A stretch of DNA of 64,000 bases, taken from positions 372,001-436,000 of the forward strand of contig JAJCTO010000011.1 in NCBI GenBank assembly GCA_046563655.1. Reading direction: 5' to 3'. The notes under the pieces were generated by a model, which searched no databases, was not told where the DNA came from, and saw nothing but the letters and a program-made list of their open reading frames with translations. This document shows, piece by piece, positions 1 to 9,531 of this stretch. The translations under genes and the position numbers were made by a program. This stretch comes from Yuukianura sp. NJ FZ-2021 (lineage: Eukaryota). Position 1 is the stretch's first letter. Every line of letters begins with the position of its first letter.

Positions 1-1842
1 GCGTGGAATTTTGTACTAGTTGGTCTCCATCGTAAATTTGTAAAATGTTTTGTAGTGTTCATAAGTTTTAGAGGCTGGTTCAGAGGAGTGGGTTTTTACA
101 GAGCGGTCTACATAACGTCAAATTTTTAAATGTTTCGTATACCTCCTAATGTCGCCTTAAAGTATCACATTTCGTGCTAGAAAGATTTCTTGCTACACCA
201 TGGTTTCTAAAAACCATGCCGGAAATCATGAAATGGAAGAATTCTACCCGCTGAACTAGTTGCTCTCTATTGCGTGAAATTTTGTAGTAGTAGGTCTCCA
301 TCGTGAATTTGTAAAATGTTTTGTAGTGTTCATAAGTTTTAGAGGCTGTTTCAAAGGATTGGGTTTTTACTGAGCGTTCTGATAACGTCAAAATCTAAAT
401 GTTCCGTATACCTCCTAATGTCGCCTTGAAGTATCACATTTCGTGTTAGAAATATTTCTTGCTACACCATGGTTTCTAAAAACCATGCCGGAAATCATGA
501 AATGGAAGAATTCTATCCGCTGAGCTAGTTGGTCTCTATAGCGTGAAATTTTGTACTAGTTGGTCTCCATCGTGAATTTGTAACATGTTTTGTAGTGTTC
601 ATAAGTTTTAGAGGCTGGTTCAGAGGAGTGGGTTTTTACAGAGCGGTCTGCATAACGTCAAATTTTAAAATGTTTTGTATACCTCCTAATGTCGCCTTGA
701 AGTATCACATTCCGTGTTAGAAATATTTCTTGCTACACCATGGTTTCTAAAAACCATGCCGGAAATCATGAAATGGAAGAATTCTATCCGCTGAGCTAGT
801 TGGTCTCTATAGCGTGGAATTTTGTACTAGTTGGTCTCCATCGTAAATTTGTAAAATGTTTTGTAGTGTTCATAAGTTTTAGAGGCTGGTTCAGAGGAGT
901 GGGTTTTTACAGAGCGGTCTACATAACGTCAAATTTTTAAATGTTTCGTATACCTCCTAATGTCGCCTTAAAGTATCACATTTCGTGCTAGAAAGATTTC
1001 TTGCTACACCATGGTTTCTAAAAACCATGCCGGAAATCATGAAATGGAAGAATTCTACCCGCTGAACTAGTTGCTCTCTATTGCGTGAAATTTTGTAGTA
1101 GTAGGTCTCCATCGTGAATTTGTAAAATGTTTTGTAGTGTTCATAAGTTTTAGAGGCTGTTTCAAAGGATTGGGTTTTTACTGAGCGTTCTGATAACGTC
1201 AAAATCTAAATGTTCCGTATACCTCCTAATGTCGCCTTGAAGTATCACATTTCGTGTTAGAAATATTTCTTGCTACACCATGGTTTCTAAAAACCATGCC
1301 GGAAATCATGAAATGGAAGAATTCTATCCGCTGAGCTAGTTGGTCTCTATAGCGTGAAATTTTGTACTAGTTGGTCTCCATCGTGAATTTGTAACATGTT
1401 TTGTAGTGTTCATAAGTTTTAGAGGCTGGTTCAGAGGAGTGGGTTTTTACAGAGCGGTCTGCATAACGTCAAATTTTAAAATGTTTTGTATACCTCCTAA
1501 TGTCGCCTTGAAGTATCACATTTCGTGTTAGAAATATTTCTTGCTACACCATGGTTTCTAAAAACCATGCCGGAAATCATGAAATGGAAGAATTCTACCC
1601 GCTGAACTAGTTGGTCTCTATTGCGTGAAATTTTGTACTAGTTGGTCTCCATCGTGAATTTTTAAGATGTTTTGTAGTGTTCATAAGTTTTAGAGGCTGT
1701 TTCAGAGGATTGGATTTTTACTGAGCTTTCTGATAACGTCAAAATCTAAATGTTCCGTATACCTCCTAATGTCGCCTTGAAGTATCACATTTCGTGTTAG
1801 AAAGATTTCTTGCTACACCATGGTTTCTAAAAACCATGCCGG
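1..1842. repeat. Satellite DNA, 269-271-bp monomer (left arm; runs off window start)
   Basis: CCATGGTTTCTAAAAACCATGCCGG recurs at 198, 467, 738, 1009...; 269+271+271 = 811-bp trimer is duplicated (identical spurious ORFs at 146 and 957). Confidence 0.98.
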
Positions 1843-1921
1843 AGTAGTAGCTAGGATAGGACTTTCACGTCAAATCGACCTTTGGACCCATAAGGTTTTA
1901 AACCCACTGACGTGAGATCCA
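1843..1921 (+). repeat. Left terminal inverted repeat of Polinton
   Basis: AGTAGTAGCTAGGATAGG...GTGAGATCCA is the exact reverse complement of 9453-9531. Confidence 0.97.
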
Positions 1922-2081
1922 AGTAGGACAAGTCCTGAAGGACAAATTAAGGACAAATTAGTTAAGACTAATTAACACTTCATGGGACCAGCATGAACAT
2001 TAATTAAGACTAATTAACATTAAATAAGACTAATTGACGCTTCCTGTCACCGAGTTAATTAGCACTTCCTGTTGGCTTTAA

Positions 2082-2381
2082 CCTGCAAAAATCCCTTAAT
2101 TGGTCATTTCTGGTCTCGGACTTAATTTCCGGTGTTAAGCCACAATTTTCGAAATCCCACCAAAAATTTTGTGCAAAAACTTTCGCGCCAAATTCTTTTC
2201 GCCTAATTTTTTTATCAAAGCTCTTTCAGCCAAGGTAATCGAGTAGCCCGGTCCAAAGTCCATTCAGACACCTGCACAAATCCCTTAATTGGTCATTTCC
2301 GGTCTCGAACTTAACCATTTCCGAAGCTACAATTTTCGAAATCCCGCCAGAAATTATGTGCAAAAACCTTCGCGCCAAATT
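2082..2381. repeat. Subterminal ~110-bp direct repeat pair (about 2082-2193 and 2271-2381)
   Basis: CCTGCA.AAATCCCTTAATTGGTCATTTC.GGTCTCG.ACTTAA...CAATTTTCGAAATCCC...TGTGCAAAAAC.TTCGCGCCAAATT occurs twice. Confidence 0.85.
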
Positions 2382-2550
2382 TCAAAAAAATTAGTGAACA
2401 TTAATTAATTAAACACTTCCTGCTGGCAAGATGCTTCCTAATGCCCTGACAGCCTTCCACTTTTAAACAATAAAGCAAAAAGAAAGGACTAGTCACAAAA
2501 TCTGGTAATCATTTTTTCATTTCAAATTTTTATTAACATTTGTAAATATA

Positions 2551-3249
2551 TTATACAGGAGTATTTTTGGTTAGCACACCATGAAATATGATGCTGTCAA
2601 TTACATCAGCACTGTACGGCTTCATTCGAAGTTCCTCGAGCGTAGAATACATGCTACGTGTAGAACCCTCCATAACAAAGGTTCTTCGACGGATCTGAAA
2701 TTGTTGGTGCTTTGTCAAATCCAGCAAATGGGTGGTATACAGTTCTCGAATGTGTTGATTTGTTTGTGGACAGCAGCAATTAGGACGATCGAAAACACTT
2801 CCATGGTTTTCTTTATTTCGACACTTATTCAAAGCCAATTCGCGTAGATCCTTCAAGTAGCTTCGCTTTGCTTCATGGATAACTCTATCCAAAGATTCGT
2901 CCAAATACGAAGTTGGAAATGATTTTAGAAGTCTCCCAACCAAATGAGGAATTTGATCCAATTTTATATAAGCAGCGCCACACGCTCGAATTAGGAATAC
3001 TTGATCATCTTGTCTTATGAAATGAATATCCGCTTCTCCGAATTTCTGAATTGAATCTACCTGACTCGCCTTCTTACGATTTTGAGCCAGAATTTTTTCA
3101 AAATACGGTAGGTCAGCCATCATTTTTCCCGCCCCAATGTATAGAACGACTAACTTCTCAACCACCGTCGTCAGTTCCTTCTCAGCAAAAGTAATGGAAA
3201 AAGATGAATTTCTGACTTCAATACCGGATGAGGACGAAAGTACTTCCAT
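2551..3249 (-). CDS. Polinton orphan protein A (232 aa), paralog of protein B
   Basis: Intact ATG ORF; aligns along its length with 3635-4351 (VRNS..SI.F....L.TVVE.LV..YI..G.M...LP.FEK.L.QNR; IHFI; L..IP.LV..LLK; YL.ESLD..IHE.KR.Y; NCCC; D.TKHQQ; YS.D.I..I.FHG). Confidence 0.85.
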   Translation of the reverse strand: MEVLSSSSGIEVRNSSFSITFAEKELTTVVEKLVVLYIGAGKMMADLPYFEKILAQNRKKASQVDSIQKFGEADIHFIRQDDQVFLIRACGAAYIKLDQIPHLVGRLLKSFPTSYLDESLDRVIHEAKRSYLKDLRELALNKCRNKENHGSVFDRPNCCCPQTNQHIRELYTTHLLDLTKHQQFQIRRRTFVMEGSTRSMYSTLEELRMKPYSADVIDSIIFHGVLTKNTPV

Positions 3250-3634
3250 GTTGAACTAATTTAAACTGATCGTCTAAAACAGCCGTTCAGAGTTCCTTCT
3301 TCTCAGGACTAGACGAGACTAAGTAAAACCAGTTAAGACTTCCAGTTAAGCACTAATTGGGACTAATTGATTTTCTTTTTTGTCCGTTAGCACTGGGTGG
3401 AGCTACCCTCGACAAATCGTTGGGATTGGCTCTTGTACAAAAACGTTTTTGTACGAATACCCTTTTAATGAACATGTGATTAGAGGGAATTTAATGCCAT
3501 CCACATTCAGCGCAGCACCCAGTGGTACCTATACAGTTCAGCCATCATCAGTTTTACTATTGTCTTAAAATTTACAATTGTTACTATTGTCCTAAAGTTT
3601 ACGATTGCTTTTACATATTTGCAGCATACCAAGG

Positions 3635-4351
3635 ATGGACGTAAACCTGCCGGAAGTCTATCTAAGCAAGGGTCTTATTGCCGTCAGGAATTCTGGAAAT
3701 TCAATTATGTTTTTATCCGAGCAGCTACCCACCGTTGTAGAAGAACTAGTCAAAGCATATATTGAAGAAGGAAGGATGATTAAGCATCTTCCACATTTTG
3801 AGAAGCTGTTATTGCAGAACCGTAATAATGCAGCAAAGCAAAATGAATACTCGCCGGATGAACCACTACTCCCGATTCATTTCATCAAGGACGCATCAGC
3901 TCGTGTCATCCTTATCCGAAGCGGCGCGCCTGTTATGATCGATTTGGACCATATTCCCCAGCTGGTTGAGTCACTTCTAAAATGTGGCTATTTTCCTATC
4001 ACTTATTTGGAGGAATCCTTGGACATGCTGATTCATGAAACTAAACGCGGCTACATCGAGAAACTCCGCAATGAGGCGTTCCGATCCTGTCACAACAAAT
4101 TGGAAATTGATCCTTGCAGGAGCATTTTTGGCGAGTTCAACTGTTGCTGCACAACACTTGATATATCAACCTACAGTCAACATGTACTGGACGTTACTAA
4201 GCACCAGCAAATCGAAATTAACAGATGGAAATGGGGAATAGATAGTTTCTATGGTAAGAGAGAACTTGCTGTACTTGAGAGTATTAGACTAGAGAGATAT
4301 TCCAGTGACATAATATGGAAAATTACTTTTCATGGTAAAAGAGATTGCTAA
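3635..4351 (+). CDS. Polinton orphan protein B (~238 aa from first ATG), paralog of protein A
   Basis: Intact ORF MDVNLPEV...; full-length similarity to protein A; AATAAA just downstream (~4371). Confidence 0.85.
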   Translation: MDVNLPEVYLSKGLIAVRNSGNSIMFLSEQLPTVVEELVKAYIEEGRMIKHLPHFEKLLLQNRNNAAKQNEYSPDEPLLPIHFIKDASARVILIRSGAPVMIDLDHIPQLVESLLKCGYFPITYLEESLDMLIHETKRGYIEKLRNEAFRSCHNKLEIDPCRSIFGEFNCCCTTLDISTYSQHVLDVTKHQQIEINRWKWGIDSFYGKRELAVLESIRLERYSSDIIWKITFHGKRDC

Positions 4352-4379
4352 ACAGTCTTTATTCAAGTCAAATAAATTA

Positions 4380-5144
4380 TCAATTATTTCTGTACACAGT
4401 ACATCCGACATCGGGAAATATATTATTACGTATTCTAAACCTATCATCCTGGGATTGGTGCAGGTCGATAAATACATGACCATACGGCTTTTTCATAACG
4501 TCTTCATAGCACGTTTCCAGAGCTTCGTTACGTTTTCCGTTTTTTGTTAGCTGACGTCCAAAGCAGAGAACTTGAGAGACTTCTCGAGGATTTTTTGTGA
4601 AACAAATATACTGGCAATTTGTTGTTATCGTTCGTTGTCCTTTCTCGAAGAAGTTTTGGGTGACGAAAATTATGCTCACATTCCTGTGGTGGCTCGTTCT
4701 AGTAAATGCTGAGACGATATCCGTACTAGCACAAACTTCATGCATAAGATCGTCAAGTACGACGATTCGATGAGTGTTGTAGGGGCTCGCAAAGTCGTCT
4801 GGTAATCCGTAGTGAAATTTAATTGTTGGGATGTGACTTTTCAGATCCTGAAAAAATTCATTCTCTGGCTCCCCATAACAATACAGAATATCATTAATCG
4901 GAACATCCACCATTTCAAAACGTCGAAGGAGTAATTCCTTAAGAACCGTCGACTTTCCACTTTGGCTTGCTCCGCTAATTGTCATGCAGAATGGCGCCTT
5001 TAGCCTATAATCAAAACACTCATCGCGTTCCGCCATGGTACCATGTTCCGCTGTGGGATCATCCGTTTGCTTATGTGCAGTGTATACATGGCGTTTAAGG
5101 TTATCCGAACGTGTGAACGTACTGCTGCAAACGCTACAATCCAT
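4380..5144 (-). CDS. FtsK/HerA-superfamily (A32-like) Polinton packaging ATPase with N-terminal C2H2 zinc finger
   Basis: Walker A GASQSGKS, Walker B IVVLDD, SHHRNVSIIFVTQN, KPYGHVFID typical of Polinton ATPases; N-terminal CSVC...FTRSDNLKRHVYTAH; first ATG at 5144. Confidence 0.9.
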   Translation of the reverse strand: MDCSVCSSTFTRSDNLKRHVYTAHKQTDDPTAEHGTMAERDECFDYRLKAPFCMTISGASQSGKSTVLKELLLRRFEMVDVPINDILYCYGEPENEFFQDLKSHIPTIKFHYGLPDDFASPYNTHRIVVLDDLMHEVCASTDIVSAFTRTSHHRNVSIIFVTQNFFEKGQRTITTNCQYICFTKNPREVSQVLCFGRQLTKNGKRNEALETCYEDVMKKPYGHVFIDLHQSQDDRFRIRNNIFPDVGCTVYRNN

Positions 5145-5212
5145 GCTGTTGTGAATGCTGGAACACAAATGATGAGGGACAGAAGTCGCTTACCTCCCTC
5201 ATCACACCAATG

Positions 5213-5486
5213 CTTTATATACACCACCACCAGTGTTGTTAGGAGGAGGAGGAGGAGGAGGAGGAGGAGGAGGAGGAAATGAGGAGGAGGAGGAGGAGGA
5301 AATGAGGAGGAGGAGGAGGAGGAGGTGAGGAGGAGGAGGAGGAGGAGGTGAGGAGGAGGAGGAGGAGGAGGAGGAGGAGGAGGAGGAGATGAGGAGGAGG
5401 AGGAGATGAGGAGGAGGAGGAGGAGGAGGCACCACCACCACCACCACCACTATAAAACTGCTGCAATCGGATAAAACTGTTCAGTT
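5213..5486. promoter_or_regulatory. Candidate bidirectional promoter: divergent TATA boxes flanking a (GGA)n tract
   Basis: Minus-strand TATATAAAG at 5221-5213; plus-strand TATAAAA at 5451 with initiator-like TCAGTT at 5481, 30 bp downstream. Confidence 0.6.
5241..5450. repeat. (GGA)n polypurine microsatellite (5241-5429) followed by (CAC)n
   Basis: About 190 bp of near-pure AGG repeats. Confidence 0.98.
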
Positions 5487-5499
5487 GCATTTGTACATA

Positions 5500-5934
5500 A
5501 TGCCGGTTTACTGTGACATTTGCTCCACGTCATTTTCCAGCGCATACGCATTAAATCAACATAATCGCGTTGCTCATTCAGACGAAGCTATGGAATCTGA
5601 GGCAGAAACGGAAAGTGAAACAGAAACGGAAACTGAAGAAGAAGAAGATGACTCTAAGGCACATTCTGGCATGAGTAAATCCAGCTTATCGTTAATCCTT
5701 CATGCGCTACACAATGCAGATGTTGGAGTTCAATGGCTGACTTTGGACAGTTTACGCAACCTTGTGGAAGGCACAGACGATTCTGATTCAGATGACGATG
5801 AAGAGGAATCATCCGACAAGTTGGATTCAAGTCAATTATATTATTTAATAGCCGTTGTAAAAGCCGGAATAAGAAATGTAATCAATATTAACAAAGCAGA
5901 ATTTTTAAAAATGCTGAACAAAATGGTTTTATAA
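5500..5934 (+). CDS. Small C2H2 zinc-finger / acidic protein (144 aa)
   Basis: MPVYCDICSTSFSSAYALNQHNRVAH, two D/E tracts, preceded by TATA/Inr, AATAAA at ~5985. Confidence 0.8.
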   Translation: MPVYCDICSTSFSSAYALNQHNRVAHSDEAMESEAETESETETETEEEEDDSKAHSGMSKSSLSLILHALHNADVGVQWLTLDSLRNLVEGTDDSDSDDDEEESSDKLDSSQLYYLIAVVKAGIRNVININKAEFLKMLNKMVL

Positions 5935-5990
5935 ACATTTATTGTTTTCAGTTTACAACCTAACATTTTTTTCACACAAGTCAAAATAAA

Positions 5991-8900
5991 TTATTGAGAA
6001 ATATCTCTATGTCCAAATGCTAATGTGTTAATTCTATCAACACCATATCGTTTGGTATCTAAACCGTTCAGAGCCCTTTTTAACGTTAATTCTGTGAAAA
6101 TTCTATGCTCTACACTTCTAAATCCTCTCATCCATACACGAGTTTGAACGTCTTCCTTGAGCACTTTTTCGAAATCTTCATATGCTATTTGGTTGTTGAC
6201 AGCAGTTTTAGTTATTCCTTTGACTTTCTTCGTGTATTCGTCTTTGATGAACCAGCTGCCGTCAGTCTTCTTTTGGTAAATATTTTTCCCATCAAAGCCT
6301 TTGCAGACTTGAAGTTTCAAGGACCTAATGGTGTACATTTTTGGACGAGGACAAAAGACGTAAGTGACTACAGAACCGGCAGCTTCATCTTTGAATTTTC
6401 CCAAAACTTTCTTGTTTGTGGGATCATGAAACTCTCCAAAAATGGGGTGATCGGATTCATATTCGCTCATGTCATACAAGTCCTTGTCATGGAGCATGTC
6501 TTGATAAACGTCATCAGTTTGGATGTGATAGATGAAGGAATCTGAAATAAAAAGTTAGCTTTAGTTTAAAGTTAAATTGTTGGATAGTTCAACATTTACC
6601 AGTGTCAGTATAAATAAGGCGACACTTGTCAACGCCGTATTTCGCCTGTATCGTATAGTGATGTCGATACATGATGCTCTTTGCTAGCTCAAGCACTGTG
6701 ACGCCCGTATATATTGGCTTGTTTAAAGTGACTTGAAGTCTCTTCATCATAAAGATGCACGTTGACTCGTTAATTGGAATTACATTCTGGACGGTGGGTT
6801 TCTTGTTGTAACGTAGAGCTTCTTCCATTGACGTAACGATACGAACATTTTGACGTTTTCGAACTTGCTCGATCGCTTTGCCAAATGCAGAATTGTTGAG
6901 CAGTTTCCAATAATCCTTTTCAAAGTCTGATGTAGCCCTTTTTCTCATTTCGGTGTTAAAGTCGATAAAATCCTTCATCCATGGTCTCTGAGTGAAGGAA
7001 ATTCCGCGGTGGAGTTTTGTAACTTTCACTCCAAGCTTCAGGTACTCCATCAAAATGGCGTGATGTAGAATATAATTCTTCTTATTATTCAGATCAGCCA
7101 CAAGTTTCTTAACTTTGAAAATTCCAGGACCTGTGTTGAGTTTTTCCGTCAATTGTAACTGATGACTGGATAACTCACTTTCTGCAACTGTACGGTTAAC
7201 TGGAGCCGGAGGAAAATCATTCAGCTTGTCATGCAATGAAGGATCAATTTCCAAATCCACTTCAAGCATGTATCCTTTTTCATTGTCCATGATGAAGTGG
7301 TTTTCTTGAAGTTTCATCAACTCTTTCTCTGTTAGCCATTGGAACTGACCAGTTGGAAGCGGAAGACTCATGCTTTTGCCCTAGTGAATAATTAAATTTT
7401 AGAAAATAATTTTTCATAGACGTTGTTGAATACTTACATATAAGTTGTTGGCATCAATGTAGATGAGGTAACTGGATTCCTTTTCTGGATCGTACTCATC
7501 TCCCATGTACTTGTTGTTCGCTCTAGCCTCTCGCATGGATCCAACGCTAACGTATCCACCTATAAATAAAATGAATTAGAAAATCTCTAGCATTTGACTT
7601 CTAGGTTTTACCTCTAATAGCATGCTCCAGCCAACAATGCATGGTTGGATCTGTGATTAGCTCCAATTCCACTCCTGATTTCTTGAGAACGCAATCCATT
7701 GAAATCATAGGTAACGAGAAGTAATGGGCCAGGTCCAATTCGTAAGCATCAAACATTATTTTTCGGATTCCCTCCATCACATCAGCCAGAAGCGAGACAT
7801 CTAGCCTAACGTACATGTCATGCCAGTCTCCCATATTTTGAATGTTGTAGCTCTTCCATACTTTTTGAGCGTGCTCATACACTTTATCTTCAATGTTTGT
7901 CTCCGTCAAGTCATTGTAGAAATCTTCTTTTGGCGGTAGAGTTGTGATTTCGAAATCCTTGCAAGACTTCATGAGAGAATAAGGGTAAACACCCTTTTCG
8001 AAGAGAAGTTCAATGTCATCGTGTTGTGCAAACTCTTGTCTTGTGATTGGAAACTTGGCATTAGGATCGGCTCGCATCACTTTCACTAATTTGTCTAAGG
8101 ATTTCAGTGTAAATCCAAGACTGTCTGTAAACCTCAACTTGAAGGGCTTCTTCTGTCAGCGTGGTGGTTCTTCATCCTCATCGAAATCATCGTGGTAACC
8201 AGGAACGATGCTCAGCGACATGTATTTTTCACTGCTTTTGGGAATAACAGTGATGTCCTTGATGATTCCTTCCTGCTTAAGCTTTCCAGCAGATTGTACA
8301 ATGAAGTGCACATCGTACGAGGAGAAGTTGTGCATAAAGACGGGAAACTCCTTCTTGATTTGCGCTTGGAGGTTGCAGTCTTGATGAGCCATTCCGATGT
8401 AGTTGAACGGTGGAAGATGCGAATGGTGTCGTACTTTGGTTCCATCCAATGTCTTCTCGCAAAAACAGCAATTTTTTTCAAGGGCGGCAGCACTTCTTTG
8501 CGATGGAGTCAGATTAAGCATATCTGGAGCAATTTTTTCATAGTACCGAACTTCCTCTTCCAGTGTTTTGGAGTACTCAGTAATGCTGTGAATGAATTTT
8601 GCAGCAACGTCTTCGTCATCGTTAGTGATATGATAATATTCGCCATGTCTTCGCTTTCCGTTGAAGTCGACACAAACCCAAGCATATCCACATGGCTTAT
8701 GAAGGTGAGTGCAACACTTATTTACAGGTTGTACTGGTCTTCCACGTATTTGTTCCTTATGCTCTCGGCGCTCCTCCTCTTCTATAGTTGAGGGATTAAA
8801 TTTTGGGAGGAAAGCTTCAAAATCAGCATAGAATCGAAAAGGCACTGGTTGAGTCCTGGCCCACTTGTTAAAAGTCAATTTGTTGTCTGTAGGATATACA

Positions 8901-9370
8901 ACTTTTTGAAGATCCAACGACGCGCAATACTTGATGTGCTGTTGAAGAGTTTGAGATGATTGAAAATTGGAGAGACAATTGCGACAAATGTGCAGTGTCG
9001 TATGCACATTTGGCGCTCTCATTAATGCTTCAAGGTTTCGAATCAGAATGAAGTGCGCGTTGTTTTCTTGCATTAGACACATGAGGTCGACGTGTATTTC
9101 CTTCGACTGTTGGGAATTGTACAGTATTGAGATCTTGCTTTGTATAAAATTGAATGATTCAATTTTGCTCAACTTCCGCGGTTGTGATTCATCCATGTCA
9201 TAACCAAGAACGGTTATAGAAATGTTCGGGTTGAGTTCTTCAAAGTGAGGGATCTGCTCCAAAGTCATCGGAAAATGGAGTCCTTTAGTGTTCAACTTGT
9301 GCTCATAAGGCTGGTATGTTTTAATAAGCTTGTCTACGCGACATCTGTTATTATTTCTTGAACGGAAGTG
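5991..9370 (-). pseudogene. Protein-primed family B DNA polymerase (pPolB), 4 exons, 5'-truncated, one in-frame stop
   Basis: ExoI YADFE, ExoII HNFSSYD, FTDS, KGVYPY, IRGG, YIDANNLYG, KLLNNSAFGK, YTDTDS, KGI motifs. Introns 7560-7611, 7381-7437 and 6542-6599 (all GT-AG) restore the frame. TGA at 8156-8158. Endonuclease-VII-like insert CCFC...VRHHSH...AHQDCN. Confidence 0.92.
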
Positions 9371-9452
9371 CTAATTAGTGTGCGCAGGAAGTATTTAATT
9401 AGTCTTAATTGATTCTAATTAGTATTAATTAATCCGACTTTGATAAGTCATA

Positions 9453-9531
9453 TGGATCTCACGTCAGTGGGTTTAAAACCTTATGGGTCCAAAGGTCGAT
9501 TTGACGTGAAAGTCCTATCCTAGCTACTACT
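9453..9531 (-). repeat. Right terminal inverted repeat of Polinton
   Basis: Reverse complement of 1843-1921. Confidence 0.97.

Larger units (their letters stand above)
1843..9531. mobile_element. Polinton/Maverick-type element, internally deleted (7689 bp)
   Basis: Perfect 79-bp TIRs starting AGTAGTAG / ending CTACTACT; GCCGG duplicated at 1838-1842 and 9532-9536; satellite resumes in register; contains pPolB and FtsK/A32-like ATPase genes. Confidence 0.93.

Noticed and set aside
5043..5490. Poly-R, poly-S/P/L ORFs
   Set aside because: Translations of the (GGA)n microsatellite
5991..9295. Four separate pPolB ORFs as independent genes or frameshifts
   Set aside because: Explained by three GT-AG introns, one unlisted 122-bp exon (7438-7559) and one in-frame stop
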